Positions 9,860 to 19,913 of a stretch of DNA of 64,000 nt are shown one piece after another (within the stretch, counting starts at the first letter, position 1; every line of letters begins with the position of its first letter). Both the position numbers and the translations under genes were made by a program. The notes below the pieces were generated by a model that had not been told where the DNA came from, did no database searches, and worked only from the letters and a program-made list of their open reading frames with translations. The DNA is from an uncultured Candidatus Rokubacteria bacterium (GTDB lineage: Bacteria; Methylomirabilota; Methylomirabilia; Rokubacteriales; CSP1-6). Location of the stretch: NCBI GenBank assembly GCA_963771355.1, contig CAVYTA010000006.1:2592001-2656000 (forward strand). The letters are read 5' to 3'.

Positions 9860-11482
9860 GTGGACACGCCCTTCGACGCGTTCATGCACACGGCCGCGGC
9901 CGCGCCCGATCACGCCTTCCTTTGCGCGCCGCCCGCCGCCGGCCGCGCGTATCACCCGGATGGGATCGAGCTCACCTACGCCCAGGTGCGGGCGGAGGTG
10001 CTGCGCTTGCGCGCCGCCTATGCCGCCGCGGGCTATGGCCATGGCCATCGGGTGGCGCTCCTGCTCGAGAATCGGCCGGAGATGTTCATTCACTACCTCG
10101 CGCTCAACGCGCTCGGGTGCGGCATCGTGCCGGTCAATCCCGACTACCGCCACGACGAGGTGGCCTACCAGTTGGACCACTCGGAGGCGGATCTCGCGGT
10201 GGCCGTCTCCGAGCGGACGGCGGCGCTGGAGGCGGTGGCGCGTGAGCGCGCCCGGCCGTTACCGGTCATCGACGGCGGTGCCTGGCCGGCCGCGCTGCCC
10301 AAGGCGGGCCCGCTGCCGCGCGCGGGCGCGCCGCGCCTGGACACCGAGTGCGCGCTCCTCTACACGTCCGGCACCACCGGCCGGCCCAAGGGCTGCGTGC
10401 TCGACAATTTCTACATGCTCAATGCGGGCGCGTGGTACCGCGACCTCGGCGGCCGCCTCGCCCTCGCGCCCGGGCGCGAGCGCATCCTCAACCCCCTGCC
10501 GCTCTTTCACATGAATTGCCTGGGGGTGACAGGCACCTGCGCCATCCTCACCGCCAACTGTCTGATCCTGCCGGAGCGGTTCAGCCCGCGGCGCTGGTGG
10601 GCGGACGTGGTCGCGACCCGCGCCACCGCCGTCCACTATCTGGGCGTGATGCCGCCGCTACTCCTCAATCAGGCGCCCGTGCCCGAGGAGCGGCAGCATC
10701 AGGTCCGCTACGGTCTGGGCGCCGGCGTCGAGCCCCAGCTCCATGCCGCCTTCGAGGAGCGGTTCGGGTTTCCACTGGTCGAAGTCTGGGGCATGACCGA
10801 GACCGGCCGTATCTACGCGGACCGCGAAGAACCGCGCCAGATCGACACCCGCGCGTTCGGGCGCCCTCACGGCGGCTTCGAGGCTCGCGTGGTGGACGAC
10901 GCCGACCGCGAGGTCGCGCGCGGGACCGCGGGCGAATTGCTCGTGCGCTGGGGCGGTGCCGAGGGCCCGCGCCACGGCTTCTTCTCGGGCTATCTCAAGG
11001 ATGCGCGCGCGACGGAGGAGGCCTGGCGCGGCGGCTGGTTCCATACCGGCGATACGGTCCGACAGGCCGAGGACGGGATGCTCGTCTTCGTGGACCGGAA
11101 GAAGAACATCATCCGCCGCTCCGGGGAGAACGTCGCCGCCGCCGAGGTGGAAGCCGTGCTGCAGGCGCACGAGGCGGTGGCGCAGGTCGCGGTGCTGGCG
11201 GTGCCCGACGAGCTGCGCGAGGAGGAAGTCATGGCCTGCGTGGTGCCGATGGCGGACGCGGCCCCGGACGCGGCGCTGGCCGATCAGCTCATGGACTGGT
11301 GTCTCGGGCGGCTCGCCTACTTCAAGGCCCCGGGCTGGATCCTCTTCGTGGAGAGCCTGCCCACCACCGGCACGCAGAAAGTCCAGAAGACCCAGATCTT
11401 CCCGCGCGGGGAGGACCCGCGCCGCCGCGCCGGTGTCCTCGACCTCCGCACGCGGAAGAAGCGGACCTCATCCGGGCCGTAG
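9860..11482 (+). CDS. Acyl-CoA synthetase (AMP-forming; CaiC/crotonobetaine-CoA ligase-like)
   Basis: YTSGTTGRPKG, WGMTE, WFHTGD, DRKKNIIRRSGEN and TGTQKVQK motifs. Confidence 0.93.
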   Translation: MDTPFDAFMHTAAAAPDHAFLCAPPAAGRAYHPDGIELTYAQVRAEVLRLRAAYAAAGYGHGHRVALLLENRPEMFIHYLALNALGCGIVPVNPDYRHDEVAYQLDHSEADLAVAVSERTAALEAVARERARPLPVIDGGAWPAALPKAGPLPRAGAPRLDTECALLYTSGTTGRPKGCVLDNFYMLNAGAWYRDLGGRLALAPGRERILNPLPLFHMNCLGVTGTCAILTANCLILPERFSPRRWWADVVATRATAVHYLGVMPPLLLNQAPVPEERQHQVRYGLGAGVEPQLHAAFEERFGFPLVEVWGMTETGRIYADREEPRQIDTRAFGRPHGGFEARVVDDADREVARGTAGELLVRWGGAEGPRHGFFSGYLKDARATEEAWRGGWFHTGDTVRQAEDGMLVFVDRKKNIIRRSGENVAAAEVEAVLQAHEAVAQVAVLAVPDELREEEVMACVVPMADAAPDAALADQLMDWCLGRLAYFKAPGWILFVESLPTTGTQKVQKTQIFPRGEDPRRRAGVLDLRTRKKRTSSGP

Positions 11483-11851
11483 CTCGGCGTACAGGTCATC
11501 CATGCCGAGGCCGACGGCCAGATCGTGGGCCGTCTTGTCCGCAAAGCCCGGGGCTCCGCTGCCCTTGACCCGCAGATCCGCCCCGGCTCGGGCCAGCACT
11601 CGCGCCACCTCGGCGTGACCGGCGATGATCGCGAGCATGAGGGCGCTGAGATTGAACTTGGCCGTCACGTTCAGATCCGCTCCGCCCTCCACGAGGACCT
11701 CGACCATCTCGCGGTATCCGCGGTGAGCCGCCAGCATGAGGGCGGTCTGTCCGTGGCGATCCCGGGCGTTGACCTCAGCGCCGGCGCGCAGCAGTGCCCG
11801 CACCGTCGCGACGTCGCCCCCGGTGACCGCGCCTTCCCAGGCTTTTTCCAC
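11468..11851 (-). CDS. Ankyrin repeat protein
   Basis: GQTALMLAA, GADLN, SALMLA and KTAHDLA repeats. Confidence 0.88.
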   Translation of the reverse strand: MEKAWEGAVTGGDVATVRALLRAGAEVNARDRHGQTALMLAAHRGYREMVEVLVEGGADLNVTAKFNLSALMLAIIAGHAEVARVLARAGADLRVKGSGAPGFADKTAHDLAVGLGMDDLYAELRPG

Positions 11852-11860
11852 GGCTCCGAC

Positions 11861-12433
11861 CTAGCTTCGTCCCTCCAGCCGCGCCTCTTGCGCGGCCAGG
11901 AGCCGGGACATCTGGTGGAAGCCCCGGGCCTCGGCGATCTCCCGAGGTGATTCGCAGTAGTCGATGCGAGTGCGGAGCCGCGGGTCCGCCCCGGCCTCGA
12001 GAAGCAGCTCGACCGCCCGCAGGTTCTCCTCGCCCACCGCCATGTGCAGCGCGGTGTAGTCGTTGATGCCGCGCTGATCGGGATCGGCCCCGAAGGAGAG
12101 CAGCAGCGCGATGATCTCGGCAACGTCCGGCCGCCCGGGAGCGCCGGGTTGCGGTCGGCTACAGGACAGTGCCGCGATCAATGGCGGAAATCCGATGTGG
12201 TGCTCGGGATTGGGATTGGCGCCGATCTCGAGCAGGGTCCGGATGAACGGCAGCGGGCTGTGGTAGATCGCGTACTCGAGGCACGGCCCGATCGTCAGCG
12301 GCATGGCGCCATTGGGGACGCTGTCGGGATCCTCGACGGCCGCCCGTAGCCCGGCGAGGTCGCCCGCGCGAAAGGCGCCGTCGATCTTCTTGAACCGCTC
12401 GTACTCCGCGCACCGTTCCTCGCGTGATTGCAT
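11861..12433 (-). CDS. Ankyrin repeat protein
   Basis: GFPPLIAAL, YTALHMAV, LLLEAGADP and ESPREIA repeats. Confidence 0.88.
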   Translation of the reverse strand: MQSREERCAEYERFKKIDGAFRAGDLAGLRAAVEDPDSVPNGAMPLTIGPCLEYAIYHSPLPFIRTLLEIGANPNPEHHIGFPPLIAALSCSRPQPGAPGRPDVAEIIALLLSFGADPDQRGINDYTALHMAVGEENLRAVELLLEAGADPRLRTRIDYCESPREIAEARGFHQMSRLLAAQEARLEGRS

Positions 12434-12488
12434 TCTTCTTTAGCGTATCATCGCACTCCGCGTCACTGACGGGGGAAAGGAGACGGCG

Positions 12489-13232
12489 ATGAGACTCGGC
12501 GACAAGGTCGCGTTGATCACAGGGGGCGCCAGCGGCATGGGTCAGAGCGAGGCGGTCCTCTTCGCGAAGGAAGGGGCCAAGGTCGTCGTGGCCGACGTGC
12601 TCGAGGCCGAAGGGCGGAAAGTCGCGGACAGTCTGGGCGGCGCGGGGCGCTTCGTGCGCCTCGACGTGACGAGCGAGACGGACTGGGAGCAGGCGATCGC
12701 GGCCGCGGTCTCGACCTTCGGCAAGCTCGACGTCCTCGTCAACAACGCCGGCATCAGTGGCACCTTCGACCCGGACACCCTGAGCACCTCGGCCTGGGAC
12801 CGGCTCATGGACGTCAACGCCAAGGGCACCTTCCTCGGCATGAAGCACGCCATCCCGGCGATGGAGAAGGCCGGCGGCGGCGCCATCGTGAACATCTCGT
12901 CGGTGTCCGGCTTCGTGGGCCAGAACGGCATCCACATGGCCTACAACGCGTCGAAGGGCGCCGTGCGGCTCATGACCAAGTCGGCGGCGGTGCAGTACGC
13001 CCGCAGCGGCATCCGGGTGAACTCCGTGCATCCCGGCGTCCTGCCCGCGATGCGCAGCTCCAAGGCCACCGCCGATCCCGCTTTCCGCCAGAAGATGCTC
13101 GCCGGCGTGCCCATGCGGCGCGAGGGCCGCGTGGAGGAAGTCGCCTACGCGGTGCTCTTCCTGGCCTCGGACGAGGCCTCGTACATCACCGGCACCGAGC
13201 TGGTGGTGGACGGCGGCTGGCTGGCGGTATAG
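12489..13232 (+). CDS. SDR family oxidoreductase (hydroxysteroid/cyclopentanol dehydrogenase-like)
   Basis: TGGASGMG, NNAG, YNASK; RBS AAGGAG. Confidence 0.93.
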   Translation: MRLGDKVALITGGASGMGQSEAVLFAKEGAKVVVADVLEAEGRKVADSLGGAGRFVRLDVTSETDWEQAIAAAVSTFGKLDVLVNNAGISGTFDPDTLSTSAWDRLMDVNAKGTFLGMKHAIPAMEKAGGGAIVNISSVSGFVGQNGIHMAYNASKGAVRLMTKSAAVQYARSGIRVNSVHPGVLPAMRSSKATADPAFRQKMLAGVPMRREGRVEEVAYAVLFLASDEASYITGTELVVDGGWLAV

Positions 13233-13334
13233 GGCGCGGTCATGACGTCCGCGAGGAGCCGGATCCCCGCCCGGATCTGCGCCTCACGTCGCGGCATTCG
13301 GCCTCGAGTTGTGGCAAGGTACACTGGCGTGGCC

Positions 13335-14729
13335 ATGATCCAGACCGATGCGGTGACCCTTGCCCGGCAGATCCGCACGAAGGCCATCTCCCCCGTCGCG
13401 GTGGTCGACGCCGTGCTCCGTCGGATCGAGGCGCTCCAGCCGACGGTGAACGCCTTCATCACGGTGACCGCGGACGAGGCCCGGGAAGCCGCCCGCCGGG
13501 CTGAGGCGGCGCTGATGGCGGGCGGGCATCTCGGCCCCTTCCACGGCGTGCCGTTCTCGGTCAAGGATCTGCTCTTCACCAAGGGCACCCGGACGACGAT
13601 GGGCTCGCTGATCTTCGCCGACCAGGTGCCGGCCGAGGATGCGGTGCCCGTTCGCCGGCTGCGCGAAGCCGGCGCCATCCTCATCGGCAAGACGACGACA
13701 CCGGAGTTCGGCCACAAGCCCCTGACCGACAGCCCGCTCTTCGGAGTCACGCGGAATCCGTGGGATCTGTCGCGCACCGCGGGCGGCTCGTCCGGCGGCG
13801 CCGCGGCGGCGGTCGCCACCGGCCAGGGACCGCTGGCGCTGGGAACCGACGGCGGGGGCTCCATCCGCCTCCCCGCCGCCTGCTGCGGTGTCGTCGGACT
13901 CAAGCCCACCCTGGGCCGCGTTCCTCACGTCCACCAGGCCGATCTGTTCTCGACCACGTCCTACATCGGGCCCATGGCGCGGAGCGTGGGTGAAGTCGCC
14001 GCCTGCTTCGACGTGATCGCCGGATTCGATCCCGGTGATCCCTATTCGCGCCCGGAGCCACCCGACGACCCGCGTGATATCGAGGTGCGGGGCCTCCGGC
14101 TCGGGTGGATGCCCCAGGTGGGCAATCGGCTCGTCGACCCGGAGGTGCTCGCCTCCAGTGAAGCGGCGGTGCGCCATCTGGAGGGCCGGGGCGCTCAGGT
14201 GGAGACCGTGAAGGAGGACTTCGCCGTCTTCGAGCAGGCCTTCCTGGTGTTCTTTCAGGGCGGGCTGGCCGCGCGCGTCGGCCCGCACATGGCGAAGTTC
14301 GGCGACAAGGTGGCGCGGAGCCTGCGGGAGTCGATCGAGCGGGGCGCGCGGTGGTCGGCGGTGGACTGGGGGAACGCGCTCGGCCAGCGGACCGCCGTCT
14401 ATCGCCGCGTGCACGCCCTCTTCCAGCGCTTCGACTTCCTCGTGTCCCCCACCCTCGCCCGTCCTCCGCTCGCCGCCGACCACGACCCCTTCGAGCCGAT
14501 CTCCATCGGCGGCGAGACCGCCGGCTCGATTCGCGGGGCCTGGTATCCCTACATGTGGCCCTTCAACCTCTCCGGCCACCCGGCCGTCTCGCTGCCGTGC
14601 GGGTGGTCATCCGACGGTTTGCCCCTCGGGCTCCAGATCATCGGTCCCTGGTACGCCGACCGCCGCGTGCTCGCCCTCGCCGAGCACCTCGAGCGCGAGC
14701 GCCCGTGCGCGCGCCCGATGCCCCTCTGA
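13335..14729 (+). CDS. Amidase (amidase-signature family)
   Basis: GVPFSVKD, GGSSGG and GTDGGGSIR Ser-cisSer-Lys signature. Confidence 0.93.
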   Translation: MIQTDAVTLARQIRTKAISPVAVVDAVLRRIEALQPTVNAFITVTADEAREAARRAEAALMAGGHLGPFHGVPFSVKDLLFTKGTRTTMGSLIFADQVPAEDAVPVRRLREAGAILIGKTTTPEFGHKPLTDSPLFGVTRNPWDLSRTAGGSSGGAAAAVATGQGPLALGTDGGGSIRLPAACCGVVGLKPTLGRVPHVHQADLFSTTSYIGPMARSVGEVAACFDVIAGFDPGDPYSRPEPPDDPRDIEVRGLRLGWMPQVGNRLVDPEVLASSEAAVRHLEGRGAQVETVKEDFAVFEQAFLVFFQGGLAARVGPHMAKFGDKVARSLRESIERGARWSAVDWGNALGQRTAVYRRVHALFQRFDFLVSPTLARPPLAADHDPFEPISIGGETAGSIRGAWYPYMWPFNLSGHPAVSLPCGWSSDGLPLGLQIIGPWYADRRVLALAEHLERERPCARPMPL

Positions 14730-14758
14730 CCCCTCGTCCCCCGTCTCGGAGGCCCCGC

Positions 14759-15592
14759 ATGTCGCTGTCGCCCAACGGATTCCCGGTCCTGCTCAGCTTC
14801 GACATCGACGCCGAGACCATGTGGACGGGGCGCGACCCCAAGAACGCCGACCGCCCCATCGTGATGAGCCAGGGGGCCTACGGCTGGAAGGTGGGCATGC
14901 CGCGCATCCTCGACCTGCTGAGCCACTACGGCCTGAAGGTGACCTTCTTCGTCCCGGGCCTCGTCATGGAGCAGCGACCCGCGATGGTGGAGGAGATCCT
15001 GAAGCGCGGCCACGAGATCGCCCATCATTCCTGGTCTCACGCCTGGATCGTCAACCTGACGCTCGAGCAGGAGCGTGAGGAGATGGACAAGGGCATCGAC
15101 ATCATCCAGCGCATGACGGGCCGGAAGCCGGTGGGCTATCGCTCGCCGGCGGCGGAGTTCAGCCCCCACACCCTGCGGATGCTGGCGGAGTACGGGTTCG
15201 GCTACTCCTCGAACTACTTCGATGACGACTCGCCGTATCTCCACACGATCGACGGCCGGCTCACCGACATCGTCGAGTTCCCCTTCGCGTGGGTGCTGGA
15301 CGACGCGCCCTTCTTCCAGTACTCGATCACGCTTCCCGGGCGAACCATGCAGGCGCCGTCGGCGGTGTTCGAGGCCTGGCGGCGGGAGTTCGACGTCCTC
15401 TATCGCGAGGACCGGTACTTCTGCCTCGCCATGCATCCGCAGATCATCGGGCGCCCGTCGCGCATCACCCTGCTCGAGGAGCTGATCCAGTACATCCTCG
15501 GCCATCCGCGGGTCTGGCTGGCCCGCTGCGACGAGGTGGCCGACGCGGTGCGGCCGGCGCTGCGCGCGGCGGCGCGCGCCCCCGGCCGATGA
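14759..15592 (+). CDS. Polysaccharide deacetylase family protein (PuuE/HpPgdA-like)
   Basis: SFDIDAE, HEIAHHSWSH, GYRSP and MHPQIIGRP motifs; GGAGG RBS. Confidence 0.9.
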   Translation: MSLSPNGFPVLLSFDIDAETMWTGRDPKNADRPIVMSQGAYGWKVGMPRILDLLSHYGLKVTFFVPGLVMEQRPAMVEEILKRGHEIAHHSWSHAWIVNLTLEQEREEMDKGIDIIQRMTGRKPVGYRSPAAEFSPHTLRMLAEYGFGYSSNYFDDDSPYLHTIDGRLTDIVEFPFAWVLDDAPFFQYSITLPGRTMQAPSAVFEAWRREFDVLYREDRYFCLAMHPQIIGRPSRITLLEELIQYILGHPRVWLARCDEVADAVRPALRAAARAPGR

Positions 15593-16332
15593 GGCTCGCC
15601 GGGCGGCGGGTGCTGGTGACCGGCGCGGCCTCGGGAATCGGGCTCGCCATCGCGCGCCTGTTCCAGCTCGAAGGCGCTCGCGTGGCCACCCTCGATCGCG
15701 ATGGGGCGCGCTTGAGCGCGGCGCCGGTCGAAGGCGCGGTGCCTCTGGTGTGCGACGTCGCCGAGGAGCGCCAGGTGCGGGACGCGGTGGCCCGGGCCGC
15801 CGCCGCACTGGGGGGACTCGACGGCGTCGTCAACAGCGCCGGGATCGATCTGATGCGGCCCTTCGAGGACATGACAGCGGCGGAGTGGGCGCAGGTGATG
15901 GCCGTCGACCTCACCGGCCCCATGCTGGTGTGCCATGCCGCGCTGCCGGCGCTGAAACAGGCCGGGCGCGGCACCATCGTCAACATCGCCTCCGGCGCCG
16001 CCCTCCGGCCGCTGGAGCAGCGGACGGCCTACTGCGCCGCCAAGGCCGGACTCGTCATGTTCGGCAAGACCCTTGCCGTGGACCTCGCCGCCTACCACAT
16101 CCGCGTCAACGCGATCTGCCCCGGCATCATCGACACGCCCCTGTTCCGCTCGTCCTGGGCGGGCGCCGACGACCCGGCGGCCGAGCTGGCCCGCATCCTC
16201 GACCGCTACGTGATCAAGCGCCCGGGCCAGCCGGAGGAGATCGCCCAGGCCGCTCTCTACCTGACCAGCGACGACTCGTCCTTCGTCACCGGCGCCGCGC
16301 TCGCCGTCGACGGCGGGCGGACATTCCACTGA
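15589..16332 (+). CDS. SDR family oxidoreductase
   Basis: ATGA overlap with the upstream gene; TGAASGIG, NSAG, YCAAK. Confidence 0.92.
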   Translation: MRLAGRRVLVTGAASGIGLAIARLFQLEGARVATLDRDGARLSAAPVEGAVPLVCDVAEERQVRDAVARAAAALGGLDGVVNSAGIDLMRPFEDMTAAEWAQVMAVDLTGPMLVCHAALPALKQAGRGTIVNIASGAALRPLEQRTAYCAAKAGLVMFGKTLAVDLAAYHIRVNAICPGIIDTPLFRSSWAGADDPAAELARILDRYVIKRPGQPEEIAQAALYLTSDDSSFVTGAALAVDGGRTFH

Positions 16333-16354
16333 GGATGACCGCGGCGCGGGCGGG

Positions 16355-17125
16355 TCAGATCATCCACCGCCCGCCGTCGATCAGGATCGACTGCCCGGTG
16401 ATGTAGCGGGCGTCGTCGCTGGCCAGGAACGCGACCACGCCGGCCACGTCCTCGGGCTCGGCCACGTAGCCCATGGGCACGCTGGTCCGCACCTTGTCGA
16501 TCACTTCCTTCGGCAGGCGGTCGTGGGCCCGGGTGCGAATGGCGCCGGGACACACCGCGTTGACGTTGACGTGAAAGGGCGCCAGCTCGCGGGCGAGCGA
16601 GCGGGTGAAGCCGACCACGCCCATCTTGGCCGCCGCATAGTCGACGAACCCCACGTCGCCGTAGAAGGCGGACTCCGTCGACATGTTGACGATGCGCCCA
16701 CTGCGGCGCGCGCGCATCTCCTCGACCACGAGCCGCGTGGCCCGCATGGTGGTGAGGAGGGACACCTCGATGACGAAGCGCCACGTCTCCTCCGTCGAGA
16801 GGTGGAACTCGCTGGCACGCTCGCGGGCGCTCTGGCCGACGTTGTTGAAGAGGATGTCGATGCGCCCGAACCGCTGCCGGACGGCCGTCACCGCCGCCTG
16901 CACGGCGTCGGGATCGGTCCAGTCCGCCACGATCGGCAGCGCCGGCCGGCCCGCCGCCTCGACGGCGCGCGCCGCCTCCTGCAAGGGGTCGCCCTCGCGG
17001 TCGACCAGGACGAGGTCGGCGCCCTCGCGGGCCAGGCGCAGCGCGCTGGCGCGGCCGATGCCGTTGGCGGCGCCGGTGACCACCGCGATCCGGCCGGAGA
17101 GCCGGCCCTCGACGAGCGTTGCCAT
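16355..17125 (-). CDS. SDR family oxidoreductase (FabG-like)
   Basis: TGAANGIG, YAAAK, ITGQSILIDGG; GGAGG RBS. Confidence 0.92.
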   Translation of the reverse strand: MATLVEGRLSGRIAVVTGAANGIGRASALRLAREGADLVLVDREGDPLQEAARAVEAAGRPALPIVADWTDPDAVQAAVTAVRQRFGRIDILFNNVGQSARERASEFHLSTEETWRFVIEVSLLTTMRATRLVVEEMRARRSGRIVNMSTESAFYGDVGFVDYAAAKMGVVGFTRSLARELAPFHVNVNAVCPGAIRTRAHDRLPKEVIDKVRTSVPMGYVAEPEDVAGVVAFLASDDARYITGQSILIDGGRWMI

Positions 17126-17139
17126 GGCATGTCCTCCCG

Positions 17140-17931
17140 TCAGACGAATCGGTGGAAGCCGATCCAGCGCTCGGCGGCGGCGAGGCCGAGGCCGGTGAGC
17201 ACGATCAGCATGGTCGAGATGGCGGCGATGGAGGGATCCACCCCGTACTCGATCGCGGTGAAGATCTTCACGGGGAGCGTCATCTGGCCCGCCCCCAGGA
17301 CGAAGATCGACACCGGGACGTTGTCGAACGACACGATGAACGAGAAGAGCGCCCCGGCCGCGATTCCCGGGCGGATGAGGGGCAGGGTGACGGTGAAGAA
17401 CGCCACCGGCCCGCTCGCGCCCAGGACGCGGGCGGCGCTCTCCAGCTCCGGATCGATGCCCTGCAGGCTCGCCATCACCGCCCGCACGACATAGGGCACG
17501 GTGATCACCATGTGGGCGAGGGCCAGACCCGCCAGCGTCCCGTTCATGTGGACCAGCGCGTAGAACTGCAGGAGCGCGACGCCCACCACCACGCCCGGAA
17601 AGATGAGGGGCGCGTTCAGCAGGGCGGAGACCATGGCGCCGCCGGGCACACGCCGCCGGATCAGCGCGTAGGACGCCGCCACGCCGGCCCCGAGCGAGCC
17701 GACGGTCGCGATCGCGGCGAGGACCAGGCTGAAGCCGATGGCGTGAACATACTCGGGATCGCCCAGGACCGCGCCGAACCAGCGCAGCGTCAGGCCCTTC
17801 GGGGGCACGGTGAGGTAGGACGTGCGGCTGAACGACGCCAGCGCGATCACCACGACGGGCAGCATCAGGAAGGCGAAGACCAGGGCCACCCATCCCCGCA
17901 AGAGCCATCCGCGGAGCCGCGCCGCCGTCAC
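17140..17931 (-). CDS. ABC permease (PotC-like)
   Basis: LESAARVLGA EAA loop; FIVSFDN; GTG start overlapping the upstream stop. Confidence 0.9.
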   Translation of the reverse strand: MTAARLRGWLLRGWVALVFAFLMLPVVVIALASFSRTSYLTVPPKGLTLRWFGAVLGDPEYVHAIGFSLVLAAIATVGSLGAGVAASYALIRRRVPGGAMVSALLNAPLIFPGVVVGVALLQFYALVHMNGTLAGLALAHMVITVPYVVRAVMASLQGIDPELESAARVLGASGPVAFFTVTLPLIRPGIAAGALFSFIVSFDNVPVSIFVLGAGQMTLPVKIFTAIEYGVDPSIAAISTMLIVLTGLGLAAAERWIGFHRFV

Positions 17932-18773
17932 GCGCGCGCCCCCGTCCGGCGGGCGAGGACACCGGAGCAAAAGACCAGGGCCAGCACCATCACCGTGAGC
18001 AGCAGCGCCTCCGCGGAGCCGGCCGGCCAGTTGAGCCGCTGGAGGAACTCGTCGTAGATGAGCGTCGACATCACCTGGTAGGTGGGACCGCCGAGGAGGC
18101 GCGGCGTCACCAGGGCGCTGATGGTGAGGACGAACACGAGAATCGAGCCCGAGAGGATGCCCGGCGCCGACAGCGGCAGGGTCACGCGCAGGAACGTGCT
18201 CCCCCAGGAGGCACCCAGCACGCGGGCGGCGTCCTCGACGTCGCGCGGGATGTTCTGGATGGGGCCGAGGAGGACGAGCACCATGAAGGGCAGGAAGATG
18301 TGGGTCAACGCGATGAGGAGGCCGGCAAAGTTGAACAGGAGCTTCACCGGCTCCTGGATCACCCCCAGCGCCTGGAGCGCCTGGTTCACCAGCCCGTTCT
18401 GGGCGAGCAAGGCGATCCAGCCAAAGGTGCGCACGACCAGGTTCAGGAGGAGGGGAAAGACGACGAGGATGGTCAGCCAGTTCCGCCACCGCGAGCGGGT
18501 GCGCGCCAGGAAGAAGGCCATCGGATAGCCGATCACCAGCGTGGAGAGCGTGACCATGAGCCCCAGGGCGAGGGTGCGGCCGATGATCTCGAGGTAGTAC
18601 GAGTCGGTCACGAGCCGGGTGTAGTAGCCGACGGTGAACCCGGAGGTGATGCCGACCAGCGGCACGTAGGGGCGGAAGCTGGTCGGCACCAGCATGCCCA
18701 CCGGCAGCAGGAAGGCCACCAGCAGGAGCAGGATCGCGGGCAGCAGCAGCCCCCAGCCGCGGGCGGCCGTCAC
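17928..18773 (-). CDS. ABC permease (PotB-like)
   Basis: VVRTFGW, VEDAARVLGA and LNWPAGSA motifs. Confidence 0.9.
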   Translation of the reverse strand: MTAARGWGLLLPAILLLLVAFLLPVGMLVPTSFRPYVPLVGITSGFTVGYYTRLVTDSYYLEIIGRTLALGLMVTLSTLVIGYPMAFFLARTRSRWRNWLTILVVFPLLLNLVVRTFGWIALLAQNGLVNQALQALGVIQEPVKLLFNFAGLLIALTHIFLPFMVLVLLGPIQNIPRDVEDAARVLGASWGSTFLRVTLPLSAPGILSGSILVFVLTISALVTPRLLGGPTYQVMSTLIYDEFLQRLNWPAGSAEALLLTVMVLALVFCSGVLARRTGARA

Positions 18774-19882
18774 CGGGTGTCTCCCACTCCGGTCTCGCCG
18801 CCGGCCAGGAGCACGACGTCTTCCGGACCCCACGCGATGGTCGCCCGCGCCCCGCGCGCGAGCGGCAGCGCGGCGCCGGGCGCCGTCACTTCGAGCTCGC
18901 GCCCGTCCGCGAGCTGCACGACATAGTGATGCGCCTGCCCTGCGAAGGCATGGAAGACCACCGTCGCCGCGAAGCGGTTGGCGCCGCCGGCGCCGGCGCC
19001 GGAGGGCTCGAGGCGGATATTTTCCTGGCGGATCGCCACCTGCACCCGCTGCCCGGCGGTCAGGCCCGGGCGGGGACCGGCCACCACCGAAAGCCCGCCC
19101 TCGACCGTGACGACGATGCCGTCCGCCCCGGTCTCCGCGACGGTGCCGGTGAGAAAGTTCGCCCGGCCCAGGAAGCGCGCGACGAAGGGGGTGGCCGGGC
19201 GGCGATAGACCTCCTCCGGCCGCCCGATCTGCTCCACGCGCCCGGCCTGCATCACCACCACCCGGTCGGACAGGATCAGCGCCTCCGCCTGATCGTGGGT
19301 GACGAAGATCATCGTCGTCCCCAGGCGCTCCTGCAGCCGCTTCAGCTCGACGCGCATCTCGTCGCGCAGCAGCGCATCGAGGTTCGATAGCGGCTCGTCG
19401 AGCAGGAGCACGCCGGGCTCGGTGACCAGCGCGCGGGCGAGGGCCACGCGCTGCTGCTGACCGCCGGACAGCTCCCGCGGGTATCGCGCGCCGAGCGGAC
19501 CGAGCCGGACCAGCTCCAGCATGCGCTCGACGCGCGGACGCAGCTCGGCCTCCCCCACCGCGCGGCGCCGGAGGCCGAAGGCAACGTTCTCGAGCACCGT
19601 CATGTGCGGGAAGAGGGCATAGGACTGGAAGACCAGGCCGAGGTTCCGGCGGTGCACGGCCACCCGCGTGATGTCCTCCCCCGCCAGCACGACCTGGCCC
19701 CCGTCGGGCTCCACGAGCCCCGCCACCATGCGGAGCACCGTGCTCTTGCCGCAGCCCGAGGGCCCCAGGAGGGAGAGGAACTCGCCGGGCGCGGCGTCGA
19801 GGGACACCTCGTCGACGGCGAGGACCGCGCCGAATGACTTGCGGAGCCGGCGTATGCTCAGCGCCGGCGCGGCGACGCTCAC
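18770..19882 (-). CDS. ABC ATP-binding protein (PotA-like, C-terminal TOBE domain)
   Basis: GPSGCGKST, LSGGQQQR, LLDEP, VTHDQ. Confidence 0.93.
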   Translation of the reverse strand: MSVAAPALSIRRLRKSFGAVLAVDEVSLDAAPGEFLSLLGPSGCGKSTVLRMVAGLVEPDGGQVVLAGEDITRVAVHRRNLGLVFQSYALFPHMTVLENVAFGLRRRAVGEAELRPRVERMLELVRLGPLGARYPRELSGGQQQRVALARALVTEPGVLLLDEPLSNLDALLRDEMRVELKRLQERLGTTMIFVTHDQAEALILSDRVVVMQAGRVEQIGRPEEVYRRPATPFVARFLGRANFLTGTVAETGADGIVVTVEGGLSVVAGPRPGLTAGQRVQVAIRQENIRLEPSGAGAGGANRFAATVVFHAFAGQAHHYVVQLADGRELEVTAPGAALPLARGARATIAWGPEDVVLLAGGETGVGDTR

Positions 19883-19913
19883 CGCCGGCGACGCGCCCCC
19901 GGCGAGGCGGGGG

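Noticed and set aside
13335..14729. gatA
   Set aside because: No gatC/gatB neighbours and a catabolic context; only the generic amidase signature is present
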